Source: a virus. Taken from it: 64,000 nt of DNA. Of the stretch, positions 8,750 to 19,410 are shown one piece after another (position 1 is the stretch's first letter; each line of letters starts with the position of its first letter). Position numbers and translations under genes: made by a program. The stretch lies in IMG/VR virus record IMGVR_UViG_3300010401_000002, positions 1 to 64,000 of that record; one strand, written 5' to 3'. The notes under the pieces are model-generated. The model saw only the letters and a program-made list of their open reading frames with translations, was not told the DNA's origin and did not search any database.

Positions 8750-11700
8750 ATGGGATTCATCGGAAACTTTACTACAGGCACAGCAGGAAACTACAAGATC
8801 CAAATATCCATGTTGGCGGGTAGTGATTTTGACAGGCGAACACTCTCTACCCTATGGCTTTTCGGAACACATGGATTATTCTTTAAATATCCTTATTTAA
8901 TATTCACAACCAATACAGGCAACAACCAATACGAGTGCCTGCTTGATGGCTATATAGAAAAAGATTATTGGTACTTTGAATACAACCCTTCGCAGCTTGC
9001 ACCAAGAGTAGTTACGGTTATACATGATGTTAGTAACCAAAAGATAAAGTTCTATGTAGATAGTTATTTGTTAGGAATAGTGGATTGCATGGATGCAGAC
9101 CATGTGCCACTGCCTGATTTTAGTGGAACGTACCCATTAAATACCAATAGCAGCTACTTACCCTATTCATTTGACGGCACATTAGGAACGCCTGTATTTA
9201 CAGCCAACAACACCCCTCCAAGTGTAAACACGCCAAGAACACCTGTATATAGAAGTTTGGTTGCACCTGTTGGTTATATAATGGGTAGCGGAAATTGGAG
9301 TGGCGTAGATACTATACAACAACAGTATCCCGACTTTCAACTACCCAATTGGCCAGCAGGGATAGCAAACAGTTATGCAACAGGGAGGCAGATTGACTTA
9401 AAAAGAGTTGTAGGATACCCCGGTAGCGGAACGATAACGCAGCAGGTTATTGATGATACAATTTGGCTAATGGATTTGTTGGCTAACTTTTGGGGGTGGG
9501 TATATAACATAACCGATGGATATATATTCGAGTTTTACGAAGGCAAAGATGACCCACTTTCAATATGCAATCAGCAAATCGATTGGGTGTTAGCAAATCC
9601 GCCCGCAACAGGTGTTTATGAAGCAACTACGGTTGTGAACGGTGGTTATAGTATTGCGCCTTACACATGGAAAGATTTTCAATCAATAGTATATACTGAC
9701 CCGCTATCTTCTATAAACGGTAACAGGCAGATTTATCAGCTAATGATGCAGGCACTATTCGCAAAGGCAGGTGATTTACCGATGCGAATATTTGAAGATG
9801 GTGAAGTGCTGATTGATACTACATTTAATGCGGCAGGTCAGCCACAGGGAACACAGAAGTATGCAGATTTTTATAACTACCTGCGTTCACTAAGCGACCA
9901 AGTATTTTCAAACACCGATAGTATCTTATACAGGATTTACGATAACAGAACATTTAATCTTTCGGGGTTACAATTTGTCCCATTGGTATCTGTAAACGGA
10001 AAGCCAACAAATTCAGCCCCTTATGCGCACACAGGTGGAATAGGAACTATTCAGCAATACATATTATCACCTTGGAATTGGCGGTCGCTAACAGGAAATA
10101 ATAATGGATTTGAATTTTATTATGTAGATAAGCGGTATGAATTAGGTTACGGCTATCCACTAAATATACCACAAATAGGATTAGGGGCAATCAGTACATC
10201 GTATGAAAACCAAGTGCTTTGCGCACAGGGATTGGCATTGTGTGTCCTACTGAAAGTAATGGGTGCAAAGGGTTTTTATGCAAACAATTATTCGCTCACA
10301 GACCCGCGCAGTTATTTCTATATGCTATTTGTTGCTCCTTATGTGCAATCAGCCTGTAATGCTTACGAGGCTTTTTTAGATAGCGGAGTTCTATTAAACG
10401 GAGATACATTTTCAGATACAGCGCAAACCGTACCTGCTTATGTTTATTGGACGGGAACAAAATCAGTACCATGTGTTGCAAGAAAATTAGGCACAGACAG
10501 GTACATGATAGGTTTTGCGTATATGCTGCTTAATAACTATGATGACCAAGCAGACACCTATGATTTCACCGTAACAATAGACGGAATTACGCACGACTTT
10601 TCAGGAGCGAGAGCAGCAAGGCATTGCGGTGATATTTATATTTACAATTCAACAACAGATACCTATACACAGATTACCGATTTCTTTGAAACAACACACT
10701 TTCAATATTGGACTTCGGGTAGCACACCCGACACTACACCGCCCGTATGGAATCAGGCTTACGGAACAGCAGATGTTGTTTTAGCGTGTAGCAATGCAGC
10801 AGGATTAACCACAGCATTAGCGTTTGCGCCAACAGCAACAGACCCAGATAGCCCACCTGCAACAGTAGTTAATACGGGAAATACAGGCAGCATAGCATGT
10901 GGAGCAACTTACACAAGAACATGGAGGGCAACGGACGCATTAGGTAATCATACAGGCACAGCACCCGATTTTGACTTCGTGCAGGTTATACAGATTCTTT
11001 CGGCAGTTGACACTACAGCACCCGTTATACACAATCCCGCAGGAAGTCTTAACGCAACGTTGGAGTGCAATGACGCGGATGGATTAACGTTAGCCCTATC
11101 ATTATTCCCCAATGATGTTACAGATGACTTTGACCCCGCACCACTTCTAAACGAAGTTAGTGATACAATAGTTTTCGGAACGGGAACGCTACTATATACC
11201 CGTACAAGAATTTGGAACTATTCTGATGTTAGTGGCAATATTAGTAGTAACTTTACACAAGTAATAACAGTACAGGATACAATTGCCCCGACATGGACAA
11301 CGGTAGCAGGAGCGTTAGACGGAACATTTCTATACACCGACACCGCAGGAATAAATGCAGCATTGGCAGAAGTTCCATCAGCAACAGATGAATGTGCAGG
11401 GGTTACCGTGAATCCTGTATCGGATTCGGGGCCGGGAATAGTGCCATATACGCGAATAAGAACTTGGGAAGCGGTTGATGACGTAGGAAACATTAGTGAA
11501 ATATTTACTCAAACATTATTTATAACAGCATTAGGAATGGCTTTAGAAATAAAATACGGCACAAGCGAGATTTGCACAGACGAATTGACGCTGCATGAAA
11601 CAACGGGTATTTATGACGACCCTCTTAATCCCGGTGGGTACGGCAACCCGCCAGACAATCCTAACAGTGTTGGATTAGATTATGCGTGGTTGTTTTTTCC

Positions 11701-12139
11701 TGATAGCAACTTTCAGGTTACAACATCAGACCCGATAGACATAACCGTACAAGTTGGCGCATTGGGTTTTCCAACGGACAATTGGGCAAGTACAGGTATT
11801 ATTACGCCAGCAGATGTTGGTTTAACTGAATTTCCGCAAGGTTGGTATCAAATACAGTTTCATTTCAGCACTAACGCGGATGATTATTATATTAACGTTG
11901 ATATGTACAACAACTGCCAAGCGGTTATTGATATGGCAACGTATAACGAATCAATCACAGCGAAAATATTGGCAGGAACTTGTAATTGTAATGATGGCAT
12001 ACCAAACTCAAACTGTCTGTTAGCGTTTATGTACCTGCAAGTTCAAACGCTTTGGGCACAGGAACAATTTGCACAGGCAATGGTGATGTTGAAACTATTA
12101 CAAGATACGTTGGATAACCTTTTAAACACTGATTGCTAA
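8750..12139 (+). CDS. tail-associated protein: enzyme-like N-terminal region, three HYR-like repeats, C-terminal structural domain
   Basis: DTTPPVW/DTTAPVI/DTIAPTW...TRTW.A.D..GN repeats; N-terminal ~650 aa similar to 53970..56075; C-terminal ETTGIYD...NPGGYG segment with Cys-rich end. Confidence 0.65.
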   Translation: MGFIGNFTTGTAGNYKIQISMLAGSDFDRRTLSTLWLFGTHGLFFKYPYLIFTTNTGNNQYECLLDGYIEKDYWYFEYNPSQLAPRVVTVIHDVSNQKIKFYVDSYLLGIVDCMDADHVPLPDFSGTYPLNTNSSYLPYSFDGTLGTPVFTANNTPPSVNTPRTPVYRSLVAPVGYIMGSGNWSGVDTIQQQYPDFQLPNWPAGIANSYATGRQIDLKRVVGYPGSGTITQQVIDDTIWLMDLLANFWGWVYNITDGYIFEFYEGKDDPLSICNQQIDWVLANPPATGVYEATTVVNGGYSIAPYTWKDFQSIVYTDPLSSINGNRQIYQLMMQALFAKAGDLPMRIFEDGEVLIDTTFNAAGQPQGTQKYADFYNYLRSLSDQVFSNTDSILYRIYDNRTFNLSGLQFVPLVSVNGKPTNSAPYAHTGGIGTIQQYILSPWNWRSLTGNNNGFEFYYVDKRYELGYGYPLNIPQIGLGAISTSYENQVLCAQGLALCVLLKVMGAKGFYANNYSLTDPRSYFYMLFVAPYVQSACNAYEAFLDSGVLLNGDTFSDTAQTVPAYVYWTGTKSVPCVARKLGTDRYMIGFAYMLLNNYDDQADTYDFTVTIDGITHDFSGARAARHCGDIYIYNSTTDTYTQITDFFETTHFQYWTSGSTPDTTPPVWNQAYGTADVVLACSNAAGLTTALAFAPTATDPDSPPATVVNTGNTGSIACGATYTRTWRATDALGNHTGTAPDFDFVQVIQILSAVDTTAPVIHNPAGSLNATLECNDADGLTLALSLFPNDVTDDFDPAPLLNEVSDTIVFGTGTLLYTRTRIWNYSDVSGNISSNFTQVITVQDTIAPTWTTVAGALDGTFLYTDTAGINAALAEVPSATDECAGVTVNPVSDSGPGIVPYTRIRTWEAVDDVGNISEIFTQTLFITALGMALEIKYGTSEICTDELTLHETTGIYDDPLNPGGYGNPPDNPNSVGLDYAWLFFPDSNFQVTTSDPIDITVQVGALGFPTDNWASTGIITPADVGLTEFPQGWYQIQFHFSTNADDYYINVDMYNNCQAVIDMATYNESITAKILAGTCNCNDGIPNSNCLLAFMYLQVQTLWAQEQFAQAMVMLKLLQDTLDNLLNTDC

Positions 12140-13074
12140 TGACAATAACAATTGATTATTCAATACAATTAGCAGCAGCAAAATTAGCTTACGTTGCCGC
12201 ATTAAGACAGAAGGCAGGTGATATAGAAGGTAGTGCAAAACTGTATCAGAAAGCGATTACGGTTTACTTTTACTACAACTCCAACGGTGGTGATAATACT
12301 ACAGCCGAAAAGCAAGCATTAGAGGCACAATATCTTCAATGGGCAAAGCAGGTGCAATCGGAGTATGAAACAGTACCGCAACAAGGATTACCCCCAATAT
12401 TACCACAGGATTTTCAGGCAAGTGAAACAGTTGCAGGAATAGCAAAAATATCTACTCAAACATTGGTTGAAGACACCAACGCATCAGATGATAGCACTAT
12501 TATATCACCACAAAAGCATTGGCAGGGATTCAGGTATGCACTGACACAATCATGGGTTTGGCAGTTGTTACAGGAGTTTGCAACAGCCCCGAAGTTTTCA
12601 TCTCTAACGGCATCAAAATACCTAAAGTTAGACGGAAGCCAAAATGTAATATCGCAGGATATACCCGCAGCAGATATAGTTACAAGTGCAAGTCAAACAT
12701 TTGTAAGCAACAGCCAAATAGCATCATGGACAGCAAAAGTTTCTGATTACGTGTGGTCAACCGTAACAGCAGCAACACAAGCGTTAATAGTTGGAAGCGG
12801 ATATATAATGAATCGCGGCACACTTATAACGGCAACACTACCCGCAACAGCAGCAGTAGGACAAAAGATTTATTGCGTAGGATTAGGCGCAGGGTTCTTT
12901 CAGATTGCTCAAAACGCAGGACAATCAATACAGCATGGCGCAGCAACTACAACCGTAGGAGTTGGCGGCAGTTTAACTTCAACAGGCGCAAGAGATGTAG
13001 TTGAATTATTGTGCGTGACAGCAAACACAACATTCAGAGTGATTAATTCGATTGGAACGTTTACAGTTGTTTAA
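12139..13074 (+). CDS. tail fibre-like protein
   Basis: ASETVAGIAKIST fibre motif; C-terminal ITATLPATAAVG...QIAQNAGQSI domain; TAATG coupling at 12137-12141. Confidence 0.6.
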   Translation: MTITIDYSIQLAAAKLAYVAALRQKAGDIEGSAKLYQKAITVYFYYNSNGGDNTTAEKQALEAQYLQWAKQVQSEYETVPQQGLPPILPQDFQASETVAGIAKISTQTLVEDTNASDDSTIISPQKHWQGFRYALTQSWVWQLLQEFATAPKFSSLTASKYLKLDGSQNVISQDIPAADIVTSASQTFVSNSQIASWTAKVSDYVWSTVTAATQALIVGSGYIMNRGTLITATLPATAAVGQKIYCVGLGAGFFQIAQNAGQSIQHGAATTTVGVGGSLTSTGARDVVELLCVTANTTFRVINSIGTFTVV

Positions 13075-13098
13075 AAAGAAAAGCCCCTTACAAGGGCT
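13074..13098. terminator. hairpin after the fibre gene; U-tract on the minus strand
   Basis: AGCCC...GGGCT stem preceded by an A-rich tract. Confidence 0.5.
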
Positions 13099-13132
13099 GC
13101 AAGGGGATATAAAAGAATGGAAACATTCAAAT

Positions 13133-13202
13133 AAAAAAAGAGGCAATTACCCAAAGCCTCTTTTAATTAAATCTTCAAACTGCTCAAGGTTTTCAGATTA
13201 AC
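13133..13202 (-). ncRNA. candidate ~70-nt small RNA
   Basis: Full minus-strand promoter upstream, 5-prime hairpin, terminator AAAAGAGGC/GCCTCTTTTTTT, no ORF. Confidence 0.5.
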
Positions 13203-13206
13203 ACCA

Positions 13207-13239
13207 CAAAGATAAGTGAAATAATTTTAACTTTGCAAA
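13207..13239. promoter_or_regulatory. overlapping back-to-back promoters
   Basis: - strand TTTG-N21-TATCTTTG; + strand TAACTTTG (13228-35) 5 nt before ATG 13241. Confidence 0.7.
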
Positions 13240-13240
13240 C

Positions 13241-13840
13241 ATGGCAGCTTTCCATTCCGCAGAATCTTCAATCAGAACCGTATCGGCAGCAACTCGAACA
13301 GACGAGGATAGATGGCCTATTGATTGGGTGCTTGATGAATGGGAATCGTCTTATGGGCGAATGATGGAGGTTTGGTATCAGCAGCACAAGGGAAATGTAA
13401 TTCCTACATCATGGTGGAGGCCAACGACAATAAGAGGATTTAAGAATAAATTTCCTATTGCCCCACTTGCAACAGTGAACGGGGTAAACCATATTTCAGT
13501 TCGAGGTACAAAAGGTTGCAATATTAAATATGTGTTTACAAGCGAGGCTGAATTTTGTAATGCCTGTGAATATGATTGCAATGTGAAAGAAAATAGTGTG
13601 GTAGTAAACGGCAGTCAAATTGAATACAAGGGCAGCATTGTACTTGACCGGATGGAGGTTTCCGCAGTATGGGCACAGCCAAGCGCACTTGCAGAGTTTA
13701 ATCCAATGTGGGATGATTTTCCAATGGACACAGCATTGGAAAGCATGGTAAAAGACGATGTAATTAAAAAACTTTTAATAGCGGCTAAAGGCAAGCCAGA
13801 TGTGGTAAGCGATGGCAGAGAAACAACGATAATGAGATAA
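13241..13840 (+). CDS. putative tail ring protein
   Basis: VSAVWAQP...DDFPM...KPDVVSDG pattern, directly before the muzzle-like gene. Confidence 0.5.
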   Translation: MAAFHSAESSIRTVSAATRTDEDRWPIDWVLDEWESSYGRMMEVWYQQHKGNVIPTSWWRPTTIRGFKNKFPIAPLATVNGVNHISVRGTKGCNIKYVFTSEAEFCNACEYDCNVKENSVVVNGSQIEYKGSIVLDRMEVSAVWAQPSALAEFNPMWDDFPMDTALESMVKDDVIKKLLIAAKGKPDVVSDGRETTIMR

Positions 13841-13886
13841 CAAATTCAGAAGGCGCATTACGCAACAATCAGCGTTACGGGATAAT

Positions 13887-16800
13887 ATGGCACAGGACGA
13901 AATTAAGAATGAAAATCAGTTTGCTTTCGGGAGTATGGATTTAACCAACTCTCCCGATTCGATTGATAAGCCTAATTATATTTCAGCGCAGAATGTTGAT
14001 TTTGACCCGCAGATAGGTACAGGTGCGTTTCAAACAGTAGGTAGTGGTAAAACGGTTTCTCCTTTTTTGGGTAACAGGCAATTATTTACACCCGAAGACC
14101 CTGTACATCAGAATAAGAAAATAAGATTAGACAACCTTGACCCATCAGGCTCAGCCTATACAATTGATGGTGTATTCGACCAGAACGGCCACGCAATGAT
14201 ACCTTCTGGTACAACTACGGGAACATTTGATGCAATGGTAGCGTTTCTTGATACTGCATTTGCAACAGCAAATATAGTTGTGATAAAAACAAACTTCACA
14301 ACCAATGTATCTGTAACCTATGAGATAACTACTATTCACACATCATTCGCAGTTCCGTATATAGATTGGAGTATACCCGCATCGGGGTCGCTTACTTCAA
14401 CTACAATACAAGAACCAATTGACGATAGCATTGCTAAAAGATTACAGCCTGTACGCGGGCAAGAAACACTTGGTAAAATCTACACGCTTTATGCACCTGT
14501 ATTTTACGACCCATTTTCATGGGATTTAACAGGTAATAGCAGCAATGAAGGCGGCTTAATGGGATTAACTACTTTACAGTCACACGGAATAATAGGGCAA
14601 GAAAAAATACACATCACTTCGACAAATTCAACTATAAACGGTGATTGGATTGCAGAAAAAGTTGATGGATTTACATTCAAGATATTAGGACTTGCGTATG
14701 CTGCAATATCACCTGTTCCCGCAGGTTCAATTGTGATAACTAAGGTTTCAACATATCTTGAAATATGGAGATACCGCGAATCGGACGAAGTGGCTTATAG
14801 GATGTTATCAACTACAAAAGTTCCTGTAAGATTAAAAAACCTTGTTGACTTAAATGCGCAGCCGATTGACAGCAGCACCGATTTAATAAAGTGGGTGGAT
14901 TGGGAAGATTACCCACGCTACTTTGAATTTAAAAATTCCTATGTAACAGACGGGGCTTTAGTGATTAACGGTGGTATATACTATTATGATACACTTGGCG
15001 AAGAAAGTTTATTAATTCTTGCTAATAATGCAACGATAACTTATACCACGCAGTTACAATCAGGCGGAAACTTACAAGGTGCATCATGGGATTACAGTGC
15101 ATGGGGCAGCGTTGACGGAACGAACCAAATCAAGATAACAGGATGGACAGGGCAGCATCCAATATATGCAGGGAACGATAACAGCACAACAAGTATTGTG
15201 GGAGTTGACCCATTATTGTTACAATCAACAGGCAAGATTGATGTAGTGCAGGTTGATAATATTACCCCCGGTATATGGAAATATATTTATCTAAAAGGTG
15301 TTCAATATTTTAATGGTGGTATAGTTGGCTATAGTATTACAAGGGTAATAATCAACGAAACTCAAACATCGGTATCAATACAGCATACAGGTAATGAGAA
15401 CGACACTCAAGTTCAGGATATTGGAACATTACAATATGTGCCGCCTATATTTAAGACAGGCAGAAATATAAACACTACGAGAAACCGTAATGTAATTACC
15501 AATCTTAAATTAAAAACTATTCCTGATTTATCTGCATGGGCACTAACCTTTAAGCATAACATATGCAAGCGCAGGATTGATGCAATACAGAACAACTTTG
15601 ATGGCAATGGTGGCGTAACGGGTACAGCACAGGAATTTCAGAAGATACTCAACTACGATTTGGTTGGGTATATGATTAACGAGGTGCAAAGATTCGGCCT
15701 CATTGCAAGAGATAAAAAAACAGGCGAATACTTCTTTGCAGGGTTTATAGTTGATGATATAAAGATTGATGCAGCATTAACTAACGCCGCTTCAATCAAC
15801 GACCCTACACGCAGGAATAATCCAAACACTTGCCCCGTAACTGCTGACACTTCACCTTTCTTAGACAACAATCTTACAAGTAGCACATTTCCTATAACCG
15901 ATGTATGTATACCTTATGTTCAGTTTACGGATATTGATTGGAACTTTCAGATTGGAAATACAATAGTTTCAGAACTGATTGACCAGATACAGATTGTAAG
16001 GGCTGAAACGATTGCGGAGGTTTTGGGTAGCGGATTGGGCATACCTGCCGATGTTGCAATAGCAACAGGCGTAGATAACCTTACAGGAGTTGAAGCACCT
16101 GACACAACAACATTCGCACCGTTCTTTGCGTTCCCATACATAAGCGCAGACCCTATAAATGGAGTATCTGCACCCGCAGCAGCAGTAACTAATATCACTC
16201 CAAGCGTAAATAGGAAAACTATATCAATATACTGCTCCGATTTTTATGTAACAGGAAATTACCCCGCAGTTGATACAGCAGCAGATAATATTTTAATCAA
16301 CGGTAAGATTTTAGTTGATGATGGTCTATTTGCTATTAATGCACCTTCACCAGATGATTCAGCCGATGATAATTCATTAAATTATACTTCATTATTCGAC
16401 CCCGATTTGGTTGCCAATGACATTGCCTTATCATTCGATATTGACGAACATGCACAAGTTGGAACAGGTCAAAGCATTGAGGTTGCAGGTGGCGATGTTT
16501 TTACTAATGTAGTTATGAGAACCCCGACAAACGATAAATGGGGTTGGGTATTTGAATCTTTATTTATACGGACTACAGCAGGACTGCCCGAAATAGACCC
16601 CGGAGCGAACGCAAACCAAATTGCCTATGCAGTTCAATATTATCGCGCATTAACAAATAAGTATGGTAACGCTGAAAACACAAACTATATTGATACACAG
16701 GCGTTTTGCAATAGCGGGGCATCTACAGTAGATGTATTTGGTGGCGATACATTCACAATAAGCCATTACCTTAAATTCAGGGGAAATGATATGCTGCACA

Positions 16801-18683
16801 CCTACGGACAGGAGCAGGGGTTTGCAGGTGGATTAAATATTTATACACAATCAAGGGTAAACGTTCAGTTAAGAGCAACGGAGTTGAATAGTGTAGGTGG
16901 AACACAGTATTACTATCCCTATAATGCAACTATCTTCCAATGGCTTACACAGCAGACTTTAGAAAATTTCTCATACAACAAAGGCTATTCTATATTCGGC
17001 CAAACACAATTTCAAACTTACAGAGGATTTGATGCAACACAAGAGCAGCAGCAAGATTTAATAACAGGTGAGGTATGGTCGCTGCAAGAAGTTGTAAATT
17101 CACTATCGCGCAACTTGCGTGTATTCCCAGCGTTAAACATAAAGATTGAGGATTTGCAGTACGGTGGCATTACACATCATGCAACTATGAATGGGGAATT
17201 GGTATCATGGCAACCGCGAATGTTTAAGCGGCAATTCTTTGACACCAACAATATGCTGCAAGATGTTGAAGGCAGCACATTGGTTGTAGGTGACGGAACG
17301 GTGTTAAAGCAAAGAAGTGTTGACATAACACAATTTGGATGCTGTAATAAATTTGCAATAGTAAGCGGGCAATCAGCAGGCGGTGACGACATAAAACTAT
17401 GGCCAAGTGCGTATAGTAAAACTATGTGTCGGTTTGGGCGTGACGGATTGGTAGATATTTCTCAAAGAGCAAACTTTGATGGGTATATTAAAGAGATGGT
17501 AACGCCTTATAACATAGCCAATAATGGTATTTACTACAATGTTGATAACCACGTATATTTATCTGTGTTTAAAACAGGGGGATTATCAAGCCTTATTAAC
17601 TATGACAACTCGCTCATAGGCAACGGCATAACAAGTACATGGGATGCAAGAAGAAAAGTGGCTATTTGGAGCGCAAGGTTATTACAAGGCATAATTCCTT
17701 ATGATGCAACGGTGCACTACAGAATGGGAACGTTTGTTTTATTCGAGGGTGTATTATACCTATCACTTGTAGATAACATTATAAACATCATTCCTTACGA
17801 TACCGATAATTGGATGAAGGTAACGACTCTTGACTTTAATTATCAGGGATTAGCAACATATTTTACACCAGCAGGATGTACAGCAGGCAATTACTATTAT
17901 TATAAAGACGTTATATACTTATGTGATAACAATTCGCCTGCTCAAACATTGCCAACAGATACCGCTTATTTTACGCCTGTGTCTAACTATATTACAGAAC
18001 CGTTAGACATAATCAGCTTTGCATGGCATGAAAAGAGAAATGGTTTCAGCGCATTTATAACGCCAACACCAAAGTTGTATATACAAGGTTCATATTATTA
18101 CTATTCATTCAGCCCAAGAATTAATGCGGATGGAACATTGCCAAAACCGTATATGTTTCAGGAGCAGGTATCATCAGCAGGATTACTCAATTGGTATAAT
18201 AGAAATCAAAAGCCAAATGTGACTTTAGAAGATTATCCACTCACCGCCAAAGGGTATATTAAAATAGTAAAAAACTCTTACAGACAGATTCTTAAAGAAT
18301 TTACTAATATATTTGTGCAATACAGACAAATCGGAACTGTTCTATCAGATGAAAAAGAAGCGCCCTATAAAGTAATTGTTGAAACGAATTATGGAACAGG
18401 GCAGCGAACAACGGTGTCACGCGAAGATTGGGATTATGATACACTTGCAAGATTTATATTCAAGGCGTTTATAAAGAATGATGAACTAACATCCGATGGT
18501 GGCAACAATCCCGATAGTGATACTTCGCAAATGTATGGTACGTGGTGTAGTTTAACGATAATATTTAATGATGACGATAATAGTTACCCTTACTTTGGAA
18601 CGAGATTATTAGTTACAAGTTCAGGAGGCCAACTATCATCGGTTACAGCGAAAGCGGAATTAATGGAAGTGATTACGGTATAA
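13887..18683 (+). CDS. tail muzzle/stabilisation protein (P22 gp10/crAss-like)
   Basis: 1598 aa; N-terminal GSMDL...PNYISAQNV; VGYMINEVQRFG; YGGIT...QFGCCNKFAI...DISQRAN motifs. Confidence 0.7.
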   Translation: MAQDEIKNENQFAFGSMDLTNSPDSIDKPNYISAQNVDFDPQIGTGAFQTVGSGKTVSPFLGNRQLFTPEDPVHQNKKIRLDNLDPSGSAYTIDGVFDQNGHAMIPSGTTTGTFDAMVAFLDTAFATANIVVIKTNFTTNVSVTYEITTIHTSFAVPYIDWSIPASGSLTSTTIQEPIDDSIAKRLQPVRGQETLGKIYTLYAPVFYDPFSWDLTGNSSNEGGLMGLTTLQSHGIIGQEKIHITSTNSTINGDWIAEKVDGFTFKILGLAYAAISPVPAGSIVITKVSTYLEIWRYRESDEVAYRMLSTTKVPVRLKNLVDLNAQPIDSSTDLIKWVDWEDYPRYFEFKNSYVTDGALVINGGIYYYDTLGEESLLILANNATITYTTQLQSGGNLQGASWDYSAWGSVDGTNQIKITGWTGQHPIYAGNDNSTTSIVGVDPLLLQSTGKIDVVQVDNITPGIWKYIYLKGVQYFNGGIVGYSITRVIINETQTSVSIQHTGNENDTQVQDIGTLQYVPPIFKTGRNINTTRNRNVITNLKLKTIPDLSAWALTFKHNICKRRIDAIQNNFDGNGGVTGTAQEFQKILNYDLVGYMINEVQRFGLIARDKKTGEYFFAGFIVDDIKIDAALTNAASINDPTRRNNPNTCPVTADTSPFLDNNLTSSTFPITDVCIPYVQFTDIDWNFQIGNTIVSELIDQIQIVRAETIAEVLGSGLGIPADVAIATGVDNLTGVEAPDTTTFAPFFAFPYISADPINGVSAPAAAVTNITPSVNRKTISIYCSDFYVTGNYPAVDTAADNILINGKILVDDGLFAINAPSPDDSADDNSLNYTSLFDPDLVANDIALSFDIDEHAQVGTGQSIEVAGGDVFTNVVMRTPTNDKWGWVFESLFIRTTAGLPEIDPGANANQIAYAVQYYRALTNKYGNAENTNYIDTQAFCNSGASTVDVFGGDTFTISHYLKFRGNDMLHTYGQEQGFAGGLNIYTQSRVNVQLRATELNSVGGTQYYYPYNATIFQWLTQQTLENFSYNKGYSIFGQTQFQTYRGFDATQEQQQDLITGEVWSLQEVVNSLSRNLRVFPALNIKIEDLQYGGITHHATMNGELVSWQPRMFKRQFFDTNNMLQDVEGSTLVVGDGTVLKQRSVDITQFGCCNKFAIVSGQSAGGDDIKLWPSAYSKTMCRFGRDGLVDISQRANFDGYIKEMVTPYNIANNGIYYNVDNHVYLSVFKTGGLSSLINYDNSLIGNGITSTWDARRKVAIWSARLLQGIIPYDATVHYRMGTFVLFEGVLYLSLVDNIINIIPYDTDNWMKVTTLDFNYQGLATYFTPAGCTAGNYYYYKDVIYLCDNNSPAQTLPTDTAYFTPVSNYITEPLDIISFAWHEKRNGFSAFITPTPKLYIQGSYYYYSFSPRINADGTLPKPYMFQEQVSSAGLLNWYNRNQKPNVTLEDYPLTAKGYIKIVKNSYRQILKEFTNIFVQYRQIGTVLSDEKEAPYKVIVETNYGTGQRTTVSREDWDYDTLARFIFKAFIKNDELTSDGGNNPDSDTSQMYGTWCSLTIIFNDDDNSYPYFGTRLLVTSSGGQLSSVTAKAELMEVITV

Positions 18684-18732
18684 AAGCTATATGCTAAAAA
18701 TAAATTCTTCAACACTTTAATACAACAAATCA

Positions 18733-19410
18733 ATGCCGGGGGAGGTTTCATTAGCAATAGGAGCAATTCAGACAGGAGTTGCATTAGCGAATCTTTTAAA
18801 GAAGCGCAACAGGCCTGAGTATAATGCCGCGCCACAGTTAGAAGCGGCTTACAGTGATGCTTTGGGGCGTACTAAATATGGCTATACAGGCAATCAAGTC
18901 TTAGGATTTAAGCAAGACCTGCAAAGGAATAATAATCAGCAATTCAGCAAAGCGACAAGTCAGTTTGGAAATCAATTAGGAGGAGTTGCAACGGCGGGAA
19001 TAAATTTTGGGAACATATCAGCATTAAATAACTTCTACAAGAATGATGCTACCCTGATGGGCGAACACGTTAGAAATGCTTATGGCATAGCTGATAAATT
19101 CCAACGCATTGCAGACATGAACACTACGGCAGCAATTCAGAATTACAATCAGAATCAACAGGCATGGGGACATGCACTGGAATCGGGAATTTACAACACG
19201 GCATACGGAGTTAATTCGCAGTTGATGAAAAACAATCCGGCAGACCCTAATGTGGTGGTTAATCCTGTAACGGGACAGCCAGCAGCAGTAACAACAGGTG
19301 CACCTTCAAACGTTCCGCAATATGACAACACTTTTGATAACACAGATACGACATTGTTCGACCCTACATTTGCGCCTTCAACCTCTCACTTTAAAAAAGG
19401 AGTAATGTAA
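18733..19410 (+). CDS. putative ejection/pilot protein
   Basis: Hydrophobic G/A N-terminus, Q/N-rich helical body, follows the muzzle gene. Confidence 0.5.
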   Translation: MPGEVSLAIGAIQTGVALANLLKKRNRPEYNAAPQLEAAYSDALGRTKYGYTGNQVLGFKQDLQRNNNQQFSKATSQFGNQLGGVATAGINFGNISALNNFYKNDATLMGEHVRNAYGIADKFQRIADMNTTAAIQNYNQNQQAWGHALESGIYNTAYGVNSQLMKNNPADPNVVVNPVTGQPAAVTTGAPSNVPQYDNTFDNTDTTLFDPTFAPSTSHFKKGVM

